Positions 19,635 through 29,520 of a DNA stretch of 60,280 bases are shown here, in pieces (position 1 is the stretch's first letter; each line of letters begins with the position of its first letter). Below the pieces are notes generated by a model. The model saw nothing but the letters and a program-made list of their open reading frames with translations. It ran no database searches and was not told the DNA's origin. The translations under genes were made by a program, and so were the position numbers. Source of the stretch: Verrucomicrobiota bacterium (GTDB lineage Bacteria; Verrucomicrobiota; Verrucomicrobiia; Limisphaerales; CANJSG01); contig JBBQXJ010000020.1 of the NCBI GenBank assembly GCA_038209745.1, forward strand, positions 1 through 60,280. Direction: 5' to 3'.

Positions 19635-20525
19635 TTAGGAAGCCCGGGGACTAAATTCGTCGGCGTGGTAGGAGCTGCGGACCAACGGCCCGCTGGCGAC
19701 GTGGATGAAGCCGAGTTCCTTTCCGATCCTTCCAAGGTGCTCGAACTGCGACGGTGGCACGAAGGCCACCACGGGAAGGTGTTTGAGGGTCGGTTGAAGG
19801 TATTGTCCGAGGGTCAGAATATCCACCTTGGCTCCGCGAAGATCTTTCATTGATTGGACCACTTCCTCTTGGGTTTCCCCCAGACCGAGCATCATCCCGG
19901 ATTTGGTATGCATCGAGGCCGGAGATTTTGCCTTGGCCTTGGCCAAAACGGAAAGGGAGCGTTCGTAGGTGGCTCGATGGCGGACGCTCGGGGTCAACCT
20001 GCGAACGGTCTCGAGATTGTGGTTGTAGATGTCGGGGGTGGCGGAAAGAACGAGGTCCAAGGCGAAATCGCGATCAAGGAAATCCGGCACGAGCACCTCC
20101 ACGACAATGCCCGGATTGACCTCGCGGACCTTGGCGATCGTTTGTCGGAAGTGTTCGGCTCCGCCGTCTTGGAGGTCGTCGCGGGCGACTGCGGTGATGA
20201 CCACGTGCTTCAAGCGCATGCGCCGGGTCGCTTCGGCCACGCGAGCGGGTTCGTCCTGATCCAAGGCGAGTGGTTTCTGGGTGGCGACCGCGCAGAAGCC
20301 ACACGCGCGGGTGCAGCGGTCGCCGGCGATCATGAAGGTCGCGGTTCCCTTGCTCCAACATTCCCAATGATTGGGGCACTTCGCGCTTTCGCAGACGGTG
20401 TGGAGCTTGAGTTCGTCGAGAAGCGAACGGGTATGGCTGAAGGTATCCGAAGTGGGCAGCGGAATCCGCAGCCATTCGGGCAGACGAGGACGGGACTTGA
20501 GATCGATCGGGGACATCGGCGCCAT
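19635..20525 (-). CDS. lipA: Lipoyl synthase
   Basis: CESAKCPNHWEC (CX4CX5C), CTRACGFC radical-SAM motif, NHNLETV, GPLVRSSYHA. Confidence 0.97.
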   Translation of the reverse strand: MAPMSPIDLKSRPRLPEWLRIPLPTSDTFSHTRSLLDELKLHTVCESAKCPNHWECWSKGTATFMIAGDRCTRACGFCAVATQKPLALDQDEPARVAEATRRMRLKHVVITAVARDDLQDGGAEHFRQTIAKVREVNPGIVVEVLVPDFLDRDFALDLVLSATPDIYNHNLETVRRLTPSVRHRATYERSLSVLAKAKAKSPASMHTKSGMMLGLGETQEEVVQSMKDLRGAKVDILTLGQYLQPTLKHLPVVAFVPPSQFEHLGRIGKELGFIHVASGPLVRSSYHADEFSPRAS

Positions 20526-20845
20526 GACCTGCGGAATCTGTGGTTTGAAGGGAGTTTCGCCAAGGGGGAAGGAGCTGTCGGACCAAAAAGACCGATTGCC
20601 CAGAGCCGGCGGTTTCCTAGAGCAGTTTGAGGAATCTTGTGGCCCTGGCTTTCAGGCACCGGCAAACAGGCGACGACTTTCCTTAAACTGCCCTAGCAGT
20701 CGCGCCGCGATTGGACTGGGGCCCGCAGGACATTGTCGGGTGGCCACCCGCTGCGGTCTGCTTCTGTCGGCTTGGACGAGGGTGTCCGAAGGGCCGAAAG
20801 AAGTTGTTGCGTAATGTGTCCCGCATTGAGACAACGAATCATCTT

Positions 20846-21331
20846 ATGAAGCACTTCACCCTGAATATAATTCTGTTGGTAGCGAGTTGCAGTTGGGTGG
20901 CGACGGCTGCGACGCCGGGCAAGGAGACGCCGGGAAAGATCGGTTCCGGGAAAACAACAACCGCCACGGTCGTCCGACGGATCGAGGCTCCACGGTTGAT
21001 GTCGGCGCTCTCTTTGATCGAGTCGGGCGACAACGATCGAGCTGTTGGCAAGGCCGGTGAAGTAAGCCGCTACCAGATCATGCCCCATGTCTGGCGGGCC
21101 TACGGTGGCGGGAATCCAAAAAACTCGGTGGAGGCGAAGCGGATCGCGACGAAGATCATGGCGGCTCGGATCGCCAAATTTGAAGCCCAGCACTCCCGCC
21201 AGCCCAGCATGGTCGAGGTCTATGCCCTTTGGCGTTCCCCGGCGCGGGCGATGGAGCTCAAACTTTCGGCTGCGGTCCGGGAGTGTGGACATCGCTTCTC
21301 CAACCTCGTCAACGAGCCGCAGGAAAGCTGA
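20846..21331 (+). CDS. Secreted lysozyme-like / lytic transglycosylase (SLT-like) protein
   Basis: Signal peptide; ALSLIESG (catalytic Glu) and AVGKAGEVSRYQI. Confidence 0.65.
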   Translation: MKHFTLNIILLVASCSWVATAATPGKETPGKIGSGKTTTATVVRRIEAPRLMSALSLIESGDNDRAVGKAGEVSRYQIMPHVWRAYGGGNPKNSVEAKRIATKIMAARIAKFEAQHSRQPSMVEVYALWRSPARAMELKLSAAVRECGHRFSNLVNEPQES

Positions 21332-21337
21332 TCCCGA

Positions 21338-22747
21338 TTACGCGGTCCCGGAAAAGCCGGGATCCTCCAGCCCTTTCAATTCGCCGGTGCTGTCGGCGAA
21401 TTGATCCACGGGGGCTCCCATCCGGCGGAGCATCGAGACGTAGAGATTGCAGAGAGGAGTGTGCTTTTCGTAGGCGAGGTGGCGGCCGGTGGCCAGTGTC
21501 CCTCCTCCTTTTCCTGCCAGTAGAATCGGGAGATTGTGGGGACTGTGGGCGTTTCCGTCGCGCATGGCCGCGCCACAGAGGATCATGGAATTGTCGAGGA
21601 CGTTGCTGTCGCCTTCCTTGAAGGACCGGAGGCGCTCCAGGAGATAGGCGTATTGCTCCATGTGCCACATGTTGATCCGCTTGTATTGCTCCAGCTTTTC
21701 GGGGCGGTTCTCGTGGTGGGATATCTCGTGATGGCCTCCGCTGACGCCTTCGAGGAACGAGAAGTTCTTCCCTGAAACCGAATTGCCAAACATGAACGTC
21801 CCGACGCGGGTGGAGTCGGTCCAGAAGGACAGGGCGATGAGGTCCAGCATCAGCCGGGTGTGCTCGGTGGGATTGCCACGACGTTCGGAGGCTTGGGCCG
21901 GATCGGCGTAGAAGTCGTGGATGCGGCGTCCCAGCGTGTCGACTTCGGCTCGGACCAAGGGGTCTTCGTTCCATTCGGCCGCTCGGCGTTGGGCGTCGAA
22001 CGCGATGCGCTTCTCCACGGACCGGACCGAGGCGAGGTATTCGTCGACCTTGCGCTGGTCGGTCAGGCTGACGCGCTTTTTCAGGGCTTTCGCGTCTTCA
22101 AGGACCAGATCGATCACTGACTTGTCGCGAGCCGCATCATGTCCGCGCCCGCCGATGTTCGACCGGAAGAGACGATCAAAGGCGAGCTGGGGATTGATCT
22201 CCTTGGCCAGGGGCGTCGTGGGAGAGCTCCAGGAGATGTGGGATCCGTAGAGCCGGGTGTAGCCGACGTTTACATCGACGCCGGTGGTGATGGGTTCGAG
22301 GCCCAGTTCCAGCGAGGGCAGGGGAGTGAAGTTGCCGATCCGTGCGGCGGCGACCTGATCCATCGAAGTGCCGCTGCGGAGGTCGCTGCCGGTGGTTCGC
22401 TGGATGGTCTGGCCGGTGAGAAATCCGCCGGTCTTCACGTAGTGGCCGTCGCCCGTGTCGGTCTTGGCGTTCCAGAGCTCGGACAAGACCAGCAGCTCGT
22501 TCTTGAACCGAGCCAAGGGCTGAAGCGTCTCCGACAGCTCAAAGTCCGCTCCGCGGCCGGTCGGCGTCCAGTGGTTGGGATTGACGCCATTGGCCATGAA
22601 GAGGGCGGCCATGCGAACGGGGGGCCGATTGGAAGCGGCCGCAGCGCCGGTTGCGCCGAACACCTTGAGGGACTCCAGCCACGGCAGCGCCATCAGGGCG
22701 CCCGCGCCTTTGAGGAGGGTTCGGCGTGAGAGGATCGGGTTGTTCAT
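21338..22747 (-). CDS. DUF1552 domain protein (Tat-like signal)
   Basis: LSRRTLLKGAG..MALPWLES, NGV....W.P, SMDQ.AA, PSLELG, ISW....P...E.NP..AFDRLF, H...NLPILLAG. Confidence 0.88.
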   Translation of the reverse strand: MNNPILSRRTLLKGAGALMALPWLESLKVFGATGAAAASNRPPVRMAALFMANGVNPNHWTPTGRGADFELSETLQPLARFKNELLVLSELWNAKTDTGDGHYVKTGGFLTGQTIQRTTGSDLRSGTSMDQVAAARIGNFTPLPSLELGLEPITTGVDVNVGYTRLYGSHISWSSPTTPLAKEINPQLAFDRLFRSNIGGRGHDAARDKSVIDLVLEDAKALKKRVSLTDQRKVDEYLASVRSVEKRIAFDAQRRAAEWNEDPLVRAEVDTLGRRIHDFYADPAQASERRGNPTEHTRLMLDLIALSFWTDSTRVGTFMFGNSVSGKNFSFLEGVSGGHHEISHHENRPEKLEQYKRINMWHMEQYAYLLERLRSFKEGDSNVLDNSMILCGAAMRDGNAHSPHNLPILLAGKGGGTLATGRHLAYEKHTPLCNLYVSMLRRMGAPVDQFADSTGELKGLEDPGFSGTA

Positions 22748-24663
22748 GGGCGGTCTGGGCTCGGGGTGGACACTTGGGCAACGGTCTTCGGTTCCGACTT
22801 CCGATGCTGGAACGGGTAGCTCATGACGATCTCCGTGACGAGCGCCGAGGCGGAGAATTTCTCCTCGGCCACGGATTTGGCGATCCGGCGAATGCTGGGC
22901 GCATCGTAGAATTCGAGGCCTCGGCCCAGGGCGTAGGACAACATCCGCTCGGTGAGATTGCGCACGAACTGGTCCTGTTTTTCCAGCAGGATGCTTTTCA
23001 GGCCGCCCACACCTTCGAATTTCTTCCCGCCGGGCAATTCACCCGAGGCGTCGACGGGCTGATCGGAGATGGTGGTACGCCAGCGGCCGACCGGGTCGAA
23101 CTGCTCCAGCCCGAACCCGAGCGGGTCGAGTTTGCTGTGGCAGGAGGCGCAATTGGCATCGGAACGGTGTTTTTCAAGCCGTTGACGAAGAGTGAGTCCA
23201 TCGACCGGTTTGTCGTCGCGCGGCAGACTTTGGACGAGGGGCGGCGGTGGCGGTGGCGGAGTGCCAAGGATTTCTTCCAAGACCCATTTGCCGCGTAGCA
23301 CGGGACTGGTGCGAAGCGGGTAGGACGTGTGCGTCAGGCTGACGGCCATGGTCAGGACGCCGCCACGGGTCCGGTCGGGCAGAGACACGCGACGCATCTC
23401 CGGTCCGGTCACGCCGGGGAGGCCATAGATCTTGGCCAGCTCCGCGTTGGCGAAGGTGTGGTCCGCGTCGATCAACTCCAGAAGACTGCCGTTGTCGCGC
23501 AACAGTTCGTGGAAGAACTCGACCGGCTCGCGGAGCATCGCCTCCACGAGGCTCGGCGTGAACTCGGGAAAGCGGTTGGGATCCGGTGGCGCGCTCGTGC
23601 GGAAGCTTTTTACGCCGAGCCATTGGAGGGTGAAATTCTCGGCCAACGCACCCGATCTGGGATCTTTGATCATCCGCTGGACCTGTCTCTTGAGGACGTC
23701 AGGCTGGGTGAGGCGGCCCCTCTCGGCCAATTTGAGAAGTTCTTCATCCGGCATGCTGGACCAGAGAAAGTAGGACAACTCGCTGGCGAGTTCCCAGTCG
23801 TTCAGGGCAAACGGCTGATCCGTGGAACGGTCCTCGACGGAGCGGAAAAGGAAGTTCGGCGAGACCAGCAGGGCGCTCAGCGCGAGGCGGACGGCGGCGG
23901 CGTGGGGTTCTCCCCGCTTCTTCGCGGCGTCGTAGAGCCCGAGGTAGCGTGCTGTTTCCGCGTCGGACACTGGACGGCGGAACGCCCGAAAGGCTTGGCG
24001 GGCGATGATCTTCTGGGCTGCTCCCCGCTCGGAGGTGAACCAACCGGGCTTCGCGGTGAAGACCTTGTCGTCCGCCGCCGAGTCGAGAGCCGCTGCCGCC
24101 GCCGCCAAGTATTGCTCCATCAGAATGGGAGGGAGGAAGAGGGTGTCGGCGTTGTTGTCGAAGCCGCCGCCGCCGCCGCCGTCGGCCGGGAAGGCGTCGG
24201 CCGGGCGGTTGGTCACGCCGAAGAGGTCGCGGACGGTGTTGTTGTATTCCGTGCGGTTGAGGCGGTGCAGGACAACATGGCCGGGGTTGCGGACGATTTT
24301 CGTCTCGTCCAGACCGGCCAGCAATCCGTCGACCCAATGGACCAGAAGATCCATTTCCTGGGGGGTGGGCTGGGGCTTTTTCTTGGGCGGCATTTCGCCG
24401 TCGCGGAGTTGGCGGAGGACGGTCTCCCAGAGTTTCGGGTTGCGATAGAGCGAGGCCTCGTCGGTGAAGGCCTCCAGGTTCACTTCGCCTTTTTGCCGTT
24501 TCTCACCGTGGCAATCTTGGCAATACGTCTTGAGCAGCGGTCGGATGTCGTGGACGAACCCGGTCGGTTCCGCCGCCGCGCTCCGCAGACTGCCACACCA
24601 GAGCATGGCCCCCAGGGCCAACCGGGCCACGGCGACTAGGATCTGCTTGAAGACGGCTCGCAT
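22744..24663 (-). CDS. Planctomycete-type cytochrome c + DUF1592/1588/1587/1595/1585 protein
   Basis: YCQDCH heme motif, RLNRTEYNNTVRDL, RAFRRP, ELASELSYFLWSSMPD, TSPVLRGKW, CASCH..DPLGF. Confidence 0.88.
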   Translation of the reverse strand: MRAVFKQILVAVARLALGAMLWCGSLRSAAAEPTGFVHDIRPLLKTYCQDCHGEKRQKGEVNLEAFTDEASLYRNPKLWETVLRQLRDGEMPPKKKPQPTPQEMDLLVHWVDGLLAGLDETKIVRNPGHVVLHRLNRTEYNNTVRDLFGVTNRPADAFPADGGGGGGFDNNADTLFLPPILMEQYLAAAAAALDSAADDKVFTAKPGWFTSERGAAQKIIARQAFRAFRRPVSDAETARYLGLYDAAKKRGEPHAAAVRLALSALLVSPNFLFRSVEDRSTDQPFALNDWELASELSYFLWSSMPDEELLKLAERGRLTQPDVLKRQVQRMIKDPRSGALAENFTLQWLGVKSFRTSAPPDPNRFPEFTPSLVEAMLREPVEFFHELLRDNGSLLELIDADHTFANAELAKIYGLPGVTGPEMRRVSLPDRTRGGVLTMAVSLTHTSYPLRTSPVLRGKWVLEEILGTPPPPPPPLVQSLPRDDKPVDGLTLRQRLEKHRSDANCASCHSKLDPLGFGLEQFDPVGRWRTTISDQPVDASGELPGGKKFEGVGGLKSILLEKQDQFVRNLTERMLSYALGRGLEFYDAPSIRRIAKSVAEEKFSASALVTEIVMSYPFQHRKSEPKTVAQVSTPSPDRP

Positions 24664-24894
24664 CGTTTGAGTCCTTTGCCCGACGCCAAAATGTGGGGGC
24701 GGATTCGATCCGATCCCGGCAAGAGCGTTTCAATGGCTGCGTTGCGATCTATAGCAGACCCGCGAAATCGCGACGAAGGCAAAGAATTGCAGCCCACCGC
24801 CCTGTTTCGGGGGATGTTGCACAAAGGAGGGGTGTCCTTGAATCATTGAGGTTCCGGGGCGTCCATTTGTGCGCCCCTGCACCACCACCATTGC

Positions 24895-26226
24895 ATGAAA
24901 CCTTTGCCACGCTTTCTTTCCGCCGCCCTTGCCGCCGTCGTCCTGATCTTCGGCGGTGCCGCCTGCCACAGCCTCGACGCGGCTCCGGCCGGTTTCACGC
25001 CCCTTTTCAACGGGACGGATCTCGCCGGATGGCGCGGCGGCGACACCTATGACCATCGCAAGTGGCTTGGTCTGCCCGACGCCGAGCGCAACAAGCTCGA
25101 TGCCGAGTGGACGGCCGACATGCGCAAGCATTGGAGCGTGGAGAACGACGAACTGGTCAACGACGGCTTCGGCAAATACGCCACCACGACCAAGGACTAC
25201 GGCGACTTCGAACTGGAGCTGGAATACCGGACGGTGAAGCTCGCGGACTCGGGAATCTACCTTCGCGGATGCCCGCAGGTGCAGATCTGGGACTACACGG
25301 AGGAGGCGAAGTTCAACCTCGGCGCCAACAAGGGCTCCGGCGCGCTTTGGAACAACAGCCCCGGCGCTCCCGGGAAGGATCCGCTCGTGTTGGCGGACAA
25401 GCCGTTTGGCCAATGGAACAAGGTTCACATCGTCATGGTCGGTGCCCGGGTGAGCGTCTGGCTCAATGGCAAACAGACCGTCGACCACGCCCTCATGGAG
25501 AACTACTACGACCGCAAGACGCCCGTGCCGGCCAAGGGCCCCATCGAACTCCAGACCCACGGCGGCGAGATCCGGTGGAAGAACATCTACATTCGCGAAA
25601 TCGGCGCCGAGGAAGCGAACCGTCTGCTCGAGTCGAAAGGAAACGCGGGCTTCAAGCCGGTCTTCAACGGCAAGGATTTCGCAGGCTGGGCCGGGCCGTT
25701 GGAGAACTACCAGATCGCGGCGGGCGCGATCCTCTGCAAGCCCGGCCAAGGCGGCACCATCTATACCAAGGACGAGTATTCCGACTTCAAGGCGCGGGTG
25801 GAGTTCAAGCTCCCGCCCGGTGGCAACAATGGGTTGGCCATCCGTTATCCCGGAACCGGCGACACGGCCTATGACGGCATGTGCGAGAGCCAGGTCCTCG
25901 ACGACAACTACGAAACGGCCACCGGCCAGAAGATCGATGCCCGCCAAGCCCATGGCTCCGCCTACGGCATGGTCGCGGCCGCCCGGGGTTACCAGCATCC
26001 GATCGGCGAATGGAACTTCGAAGAGGTCACGGTGAAGGGCTCGACCATCAAGGTGGAATTGAACGGCACGGTCATCCTCGATGCCGATCTCTCGAAGGTC
26101 GATCCGTCCACCTTCATGGCGGGGAGCGCCCATCCGGGCCGGGACCGGAAGTCCGGTCACTTCGGCTTCGCGGGACACAACGATCCTGTGGCGTTCCGAA
26201 AAATTTCCATTGAGAAACTGCCCTGA
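24895..26226 (+). CDS. Tandem DUF1080 (3-keto-glycoside hydrolase-like) protein
   Basis: Two repeats of LFNG.DL.GW ... YGDF.L..E, GQWN / GEWN, NG..V, G.I.LQ.HG / G.FGFAGH. Confidence 0.88.
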   Translation: MKPLPRFLSAALAAVVLIFGGAACHSLDAAPAGFTPLFNGTDLAGWRGGDTYDHRKWLGLPDAERNKLDAEWTADMRKHWSVENDELVNDGFGKYATTTKDYGDFELELEYRTVKLADSGIYLRGCPQVQIWDYTEEAKFNLGANKGSGALWNNSPGAPGKDPLVLADKPFGQWNKVHIVMVGARVSVWLNGKQTVDHALMENYYDRKTPVPAKGPIELQTHGGEIRWKNIYIREIGAEEANRLLESKGNAGFKPVFNGKDFAGWAGPLENYQIAAGAILCKPGQGGTIYTKDEYSDFKARVEFKLPPGGNNGLAIRYPGTGDTAYDGMCESQVLDDNYETATGQKIDARQAHGSAYGMVAAARGYQHPIGEWNFEEVTVKGSTIKVELNGTVILDADLSKVDPSTFMAGSAHPGRDRKSGHFGFAGHNDPVAFRKISIEKLP

Positions 26227-26280
26227 GCGGCGGATTCATCTCCCGTCCTTTGTCCGTGGATCTGGGAGCGGAGAAGAGGC

Positions 26281-26332
26281 TTGTGAAAAAAATCACAAAC
26301 TTCTTGCGACCCATTTTCCCCAGTTCTAGCTT
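26281..26332 (+). promoter_or_regulatory. Rex/CRP-type operator plus sigma70-like promoter of the nuo operon
   Basis: TTGTGA-AAAAAA-TCACAA palindrome (26281-26298), then TTGCGA-17 bp-TAGCTT (26304-26332). Confidence 0.7.
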
Positions 26333-26362
26333 CGCCCGGCGGTTTACCCCGTCGGTTCACCC

Positions 26363-26932
26363 ATGCAAACCACCACTGAAGTCGGCTACAACACGAAGGT
26401 CGAGGGCGAGGTCATCGTCACCCAGGCCGACGCCGTCATCAATTGGTTCCGCAAGAACTCCCTCTGGCCCATGCCCATGGGCCTCGCCTGCTGCGCCATC
26501 GAGCTGATGGCCACCGCTTCCAGCAAGTTCGACATTTCCCGTTTCGGGGCCGAGGTGATGCGGTTCTCCCCCCGTCAGGCAGATCTGATGATCGTGGCCG
26601 GCACGGTGACCTACAAGATGGCGCTCTCCGTGAAGCGGATCTACGAACAGATGGCGGAACCCAAGTGGGTCATCGCCATGGGCGCCTGCGCCTCCACCGG
26701 TGGAATGTATCGCAGCTACGCCGTGCTCCAGGGCGTGGACAACATCATCCCGGTCGACGTCTACGTGGCGGGATGTCCGCCCCGGCCCGAGGCGTTGATC
26801 GACGCGCTGATCAAACTGCAGAACCAAGTCGTCATGAAGACGCCGATCACCGGCAAGACCACCGGCTCCGGCCGCGTGCCTGGATCGATGAACTCGCCTG
26901 AAGTGAAGGAAATCCTCACGCCAGCCCGCTGA
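26363..26932 (+). CDS. nuoB: NADH-quinone oxidoreductase subunit B
   Basis: [37 protein letters not shown]. Confidence 0.97.
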   Translation: MQTTTEVGYNTKVEGEVIVTQADAVINWFRKNSLWPMPMGLACCAIELMATASSKFDISRFGAEVMRFSPRQADLMIVAGTVTYKMALSVKRIYEQMAEPKWVIAMGACASTGGMYRSYAVLQGVDNIIPVDVYVAGCPPRPEALIDALIKLQNQVVMKTPITGKTTGSGRVPGSMNSPEVKEILTPAR

Positions 26933-26940
26933 TTTCGCCC

Positions 26941-27528
26941 ATGCCCCAGACCTCCCAAGAACTGGCCGACGCGTTTATGGCGAAATTTCCGGATCAGTTC
27001 GATCCGGCGATCGAGTTCCGTGGCGAGGTCACGCTCAAGCTCAAGGACGCCGAACAGATCGTCGCGGTCTGTGAATTCGCCAAGCAGGAGCTGGGCTTCA
27101 ACTACCTGACCGATCTGAGTAGCGTGGACAACTATGGCGACGATCCGCGTTGGACCGTGGTCTACGAACTTGTCGGCTTGAAGACCCACAACCAGCACTT
27201 GCGGATCAAGACCGACGTCAGCGAGGAGAAGTCCGAATTGCCGACCGTTTCCGGCGTCTGGCCGACCGCCAACTGGCACGAGCGCGAGGCCTACGACATG
27301 ATGGGCATCCGCTTCCGGGACCATCCCGATCTGCGCCGGATTCTGATGTGGGAGGGGTATCCCTATTTTCCGCTGCGGAAGGATTTCCCGTTGGCCGGCA
27401 AGCCCAGCAACCTCCCCGAAGTGGCCTTTACCCGTCCCGCGCCGCTGGAAGGCGGCCCGTTCATCACGGTCCCCAGTGGCCAGGGCGCGATCGAGCGCGA
27501 ACCCCGGGCCCGCACCCCCCAAGAGTGA
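26941..27528 (+). CDS. nuoC: NADH-quinone oxidoreductase subunit C
   Basis: ANWHEREAYDMMGI.F..HPDLRRILM, PLRKDFPL. Confidence 0.96.
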   Translation: MPQTSQELADAFMAKFPDQFDPAIEFRGEVTLKLKDAEQIVAVCEFAKQELGFNYLTDLSSVDNYGDDPRWTVVYELVGLKTHNQHLRIKTDVSEEKSELPTVSGVWPTANWHEREAYDMMGIRFRDHPDLRRILMWEGYPYFPLRKDFPLAGKPSNLPEVAFTRPAPLEGGPFITVPSGQGAIEREPRARTPQE

Positions 27529-27531
27529 TCC

Positions 27532-28791
27532 ATGGCCAATCCCCAGACCATTGAGTTCAAGGAACCCGCCGCACGCGTGGCCGATCGCTCGGTATCGCCG
27601 GAGGATCTGACCGACCTGCAGGGCGAGAAGATGGTCTTGAACATGGGGCCGTCCCATCCCGCCACACACGGAGTGCTCCGGCTGTTGCTGGAGATGGAGG
27701 GTGAAACGATCACCAGGGCCGATCCGGACATCGGCTATCTCCATCGCGGCGACGAAAAGATCGCCGAGAACATGACCTACACCCAGTTCATCCCCTACAC
27801 GGATCGACTGGACTACCTCGCGCCGCTGCACAACAACGTCTCCTACGTGTTGGCCGTGGAGAAGCTTCTCGGGATCCACGACAAGCTTCCGCCCCGTTGC
27901 CAATACATCCGCGTCATCTGCTGTGAATTGGCCCGGGTTTCCGCCCATTTGCTGGGCCTCGGCGCGTTCGCGATGGATGCGGGCGCGATGACGGTCTTCC
28001 TGCTGACCTTCACCCAACGCGAGACGATCTACACGCTGATCGAGTCGCTGACCGGTGCGCGGTTCACCACCAGCTACACCCGCGTGGGCGGGCTCTCCCG
28101 GGACCTGCCCGAGGGTTGGGTGGGAGCCTGCCGCAAATTTATCGAAGAGTGCCTCGTCGCCATCGACGAGACGGACAAGCTGCTCACCCGGAACCGAATC
28201 TGGGTCGATCGCACGAAGGACGTCGGTATCATTTCGAAGGAGGACGCCATCGCCTACGGGTTGAGCGGCCCGAATCTTCGGGGTTCAGGCGTCGACTTCG
28301 ACCTTCGCAAAGCCAGTCCTTATCTCTGCTATCCCGAGCTCGAGTTCGAGATTCCCATCGGTTCCGTCGGTGACTGTTACGACCGCTATCTCGTCCGCAT
28401 GGAAGAGATGCGGCAGAGCCTCCGCATCCTGCGCCAGGCGTTGGACAAGTTGCCCGGTGGCCCGATCAACGTGGCCGATGGCAAGATCATCCTGCCTCCG
28501 AAGCAGAAGGTGATGACCAGCATGGAGGAGCTGATCCACCAGTTCATGCTCGTCACCGAAGGCGTCAATTGCCCGCCCGGAGAAGTCTATTTTGCCGCCG
28601 AGAATCCCAAGGGCGAACTCGGCTTCTACATCCACAGCCGGGGTGGTGGCACGCCCTATCGCCTGAAGATCCGGGCCCCGTCGTTCGTGAACCTGTGCAT
28701 CCTGTCGAAGATCCTCCCCGGCCACATGATGAGCGATTCGGTCGCCATTTTGGGATCCTTGGACTTCGTCATGGGTGAATGTGACCGGTGA
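27532..28791 (+). CDS. nuoD: NADH-quinone oxidoreductase subunit D
   Basis: NMGPSHPATHGVLRL, GYLHRGDEK, DRLDY, ENPKGELG, LDFVMGECDR. Confidence 0.97.
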   Translation: MANPQTIEFKEPAARVADRSVSPEDLTDLQGEKMVLNMGPSHPATHGVLRLLLEMEGETITRADPDIGYLHRGDEKIAENMTYTQFIPYTDRLDYLAPLHNNVSYVLAVEKLLGIHDKLPPRCQYIRVICCELARVSAHLLGLGAFAMDAGAMTVFLLTFTQRETIYTLIESLTGARFTTSYTRVGGLSRDLPEGWVGACRKFIEECLVAIDETDKLLTRNRIWVDRTKDVGIISKEDAIAYGLSGPNLRGSGVDFDLRKASPYLCYPELEFEIPIGSVGDCYDRYLVRMEEMRQSLRILRQALDKLPGGPINVADGKIILPPKQKVMTSMEELIHQFMLVTEGVNCPPGEVYFAAENPKGELGFYIHSRGGGTPYRLKIRAPSFVNLCILSKILPGHMMSDSVAILGSLDFVMGECDR

Positions 28792-28811
28792 ACCGTTTCT
28801 GAATTGCCACG

Positions 28812-29297
28812 ATGAGCTTTTCCGTTCCCGCAAATCTTGAAGCCGAGCTCGACGAGCTGGTGACGCACTATCCGGTCAAACGGAGCGCGTCGCTGATGTT
28901 CCTCCATGCGCTGCAGGAACACTTCGGCCACATCTCGAAGGAAGCCGTCGAGTGGACGGCCCGGAAGCTCGAGCTCCAGCCGATCAACATCTACGAGCTG
29001 GTCACCTTCTACCCGATGTTCCGTCAGGAGCCCCTGGGCAAGACCCACGTGAAGGTCTGCCGGACGTTGAGCTGCGCCTTGGCGGGTGGTGCGGAGCTCC
29101 GTGAGCACTTCTGTTCCAAGCTGGGACTTGATTCGCACGCCCATGTGTCGCAGACGACGCCCGACGGAAAGTTTACGGTCGAATTCGTCGAATGCATCGC
29201 CGACTGCGGTGCCGCCCCGGTCGTCATGGTGAACGATGAAATGCACCAGCAGGTCACCGAAGCGAAGGCCGACGAGATCCTCGCGTCCGGCCGGTGA
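28812..29297 (+). CDS. nuoE: NADH-quinone oxidoreductase subunit E
   Basis: VTFYPMF, CRTLSC, ECIADCGAAP 2Fe-2S ligands. Confidence 0.95.
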   Translation: MSFSVPANLEAELDELVTHYPVKRSASLMFLHALQEHFGHISKEAVEWTARKLELQPINIYELVTFYPMFRQEPLGKTHVKVCRTLSCALAGGAELREHFCSKLGLDSHAHVSQTTPDGKFTVEFVECIADCGAAPVVMVNDEMHQQVTEAKADEILASGR

Positions 29298-29322
29298 TGC
29301 GTGATGCCGAAAAAACGAACAG

Positions 29323-29520
29323 ATGAAGACAACGCTCAAAGACTGGCCCGGCGTGTATCGGCGGATTCGCCGGATGCGAAGCCTCGACGAGGCCGAAAAA
29401 ATCCTGTTCGCCCGTTACGCGGCGGCGACTCCGGACGAGCGTTGGCAGATGAACGTCAGCTACCTCCGCTCGGTCGGCTCATGGGGGCGTTGCGGGCTGA
29501 AAAAATTCGGTTCCAGGTGA
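29323..29520 (+). CDS. Small basic protein, putative partner/antitoxin of the downstream nucleotidyltransferase
   Basis: 65 aa with an ATPDERWQM motif; overlaps the 5' end of the NTase gene. Confidence 0.5.
   Translation: MKTTLKDWPGVYRRIRRMRSLDEAEKILFARYAAATPDERWQMNVSYLRSVGSWGRCGLKKFGSR

Noticed and set aside
29301..29441. N-terminal extension of the NTase ORF
   Set aside because: Overlaps the 65-aa ORF in another frame and looks like non-coding-frame sequence; a later start is more plausible
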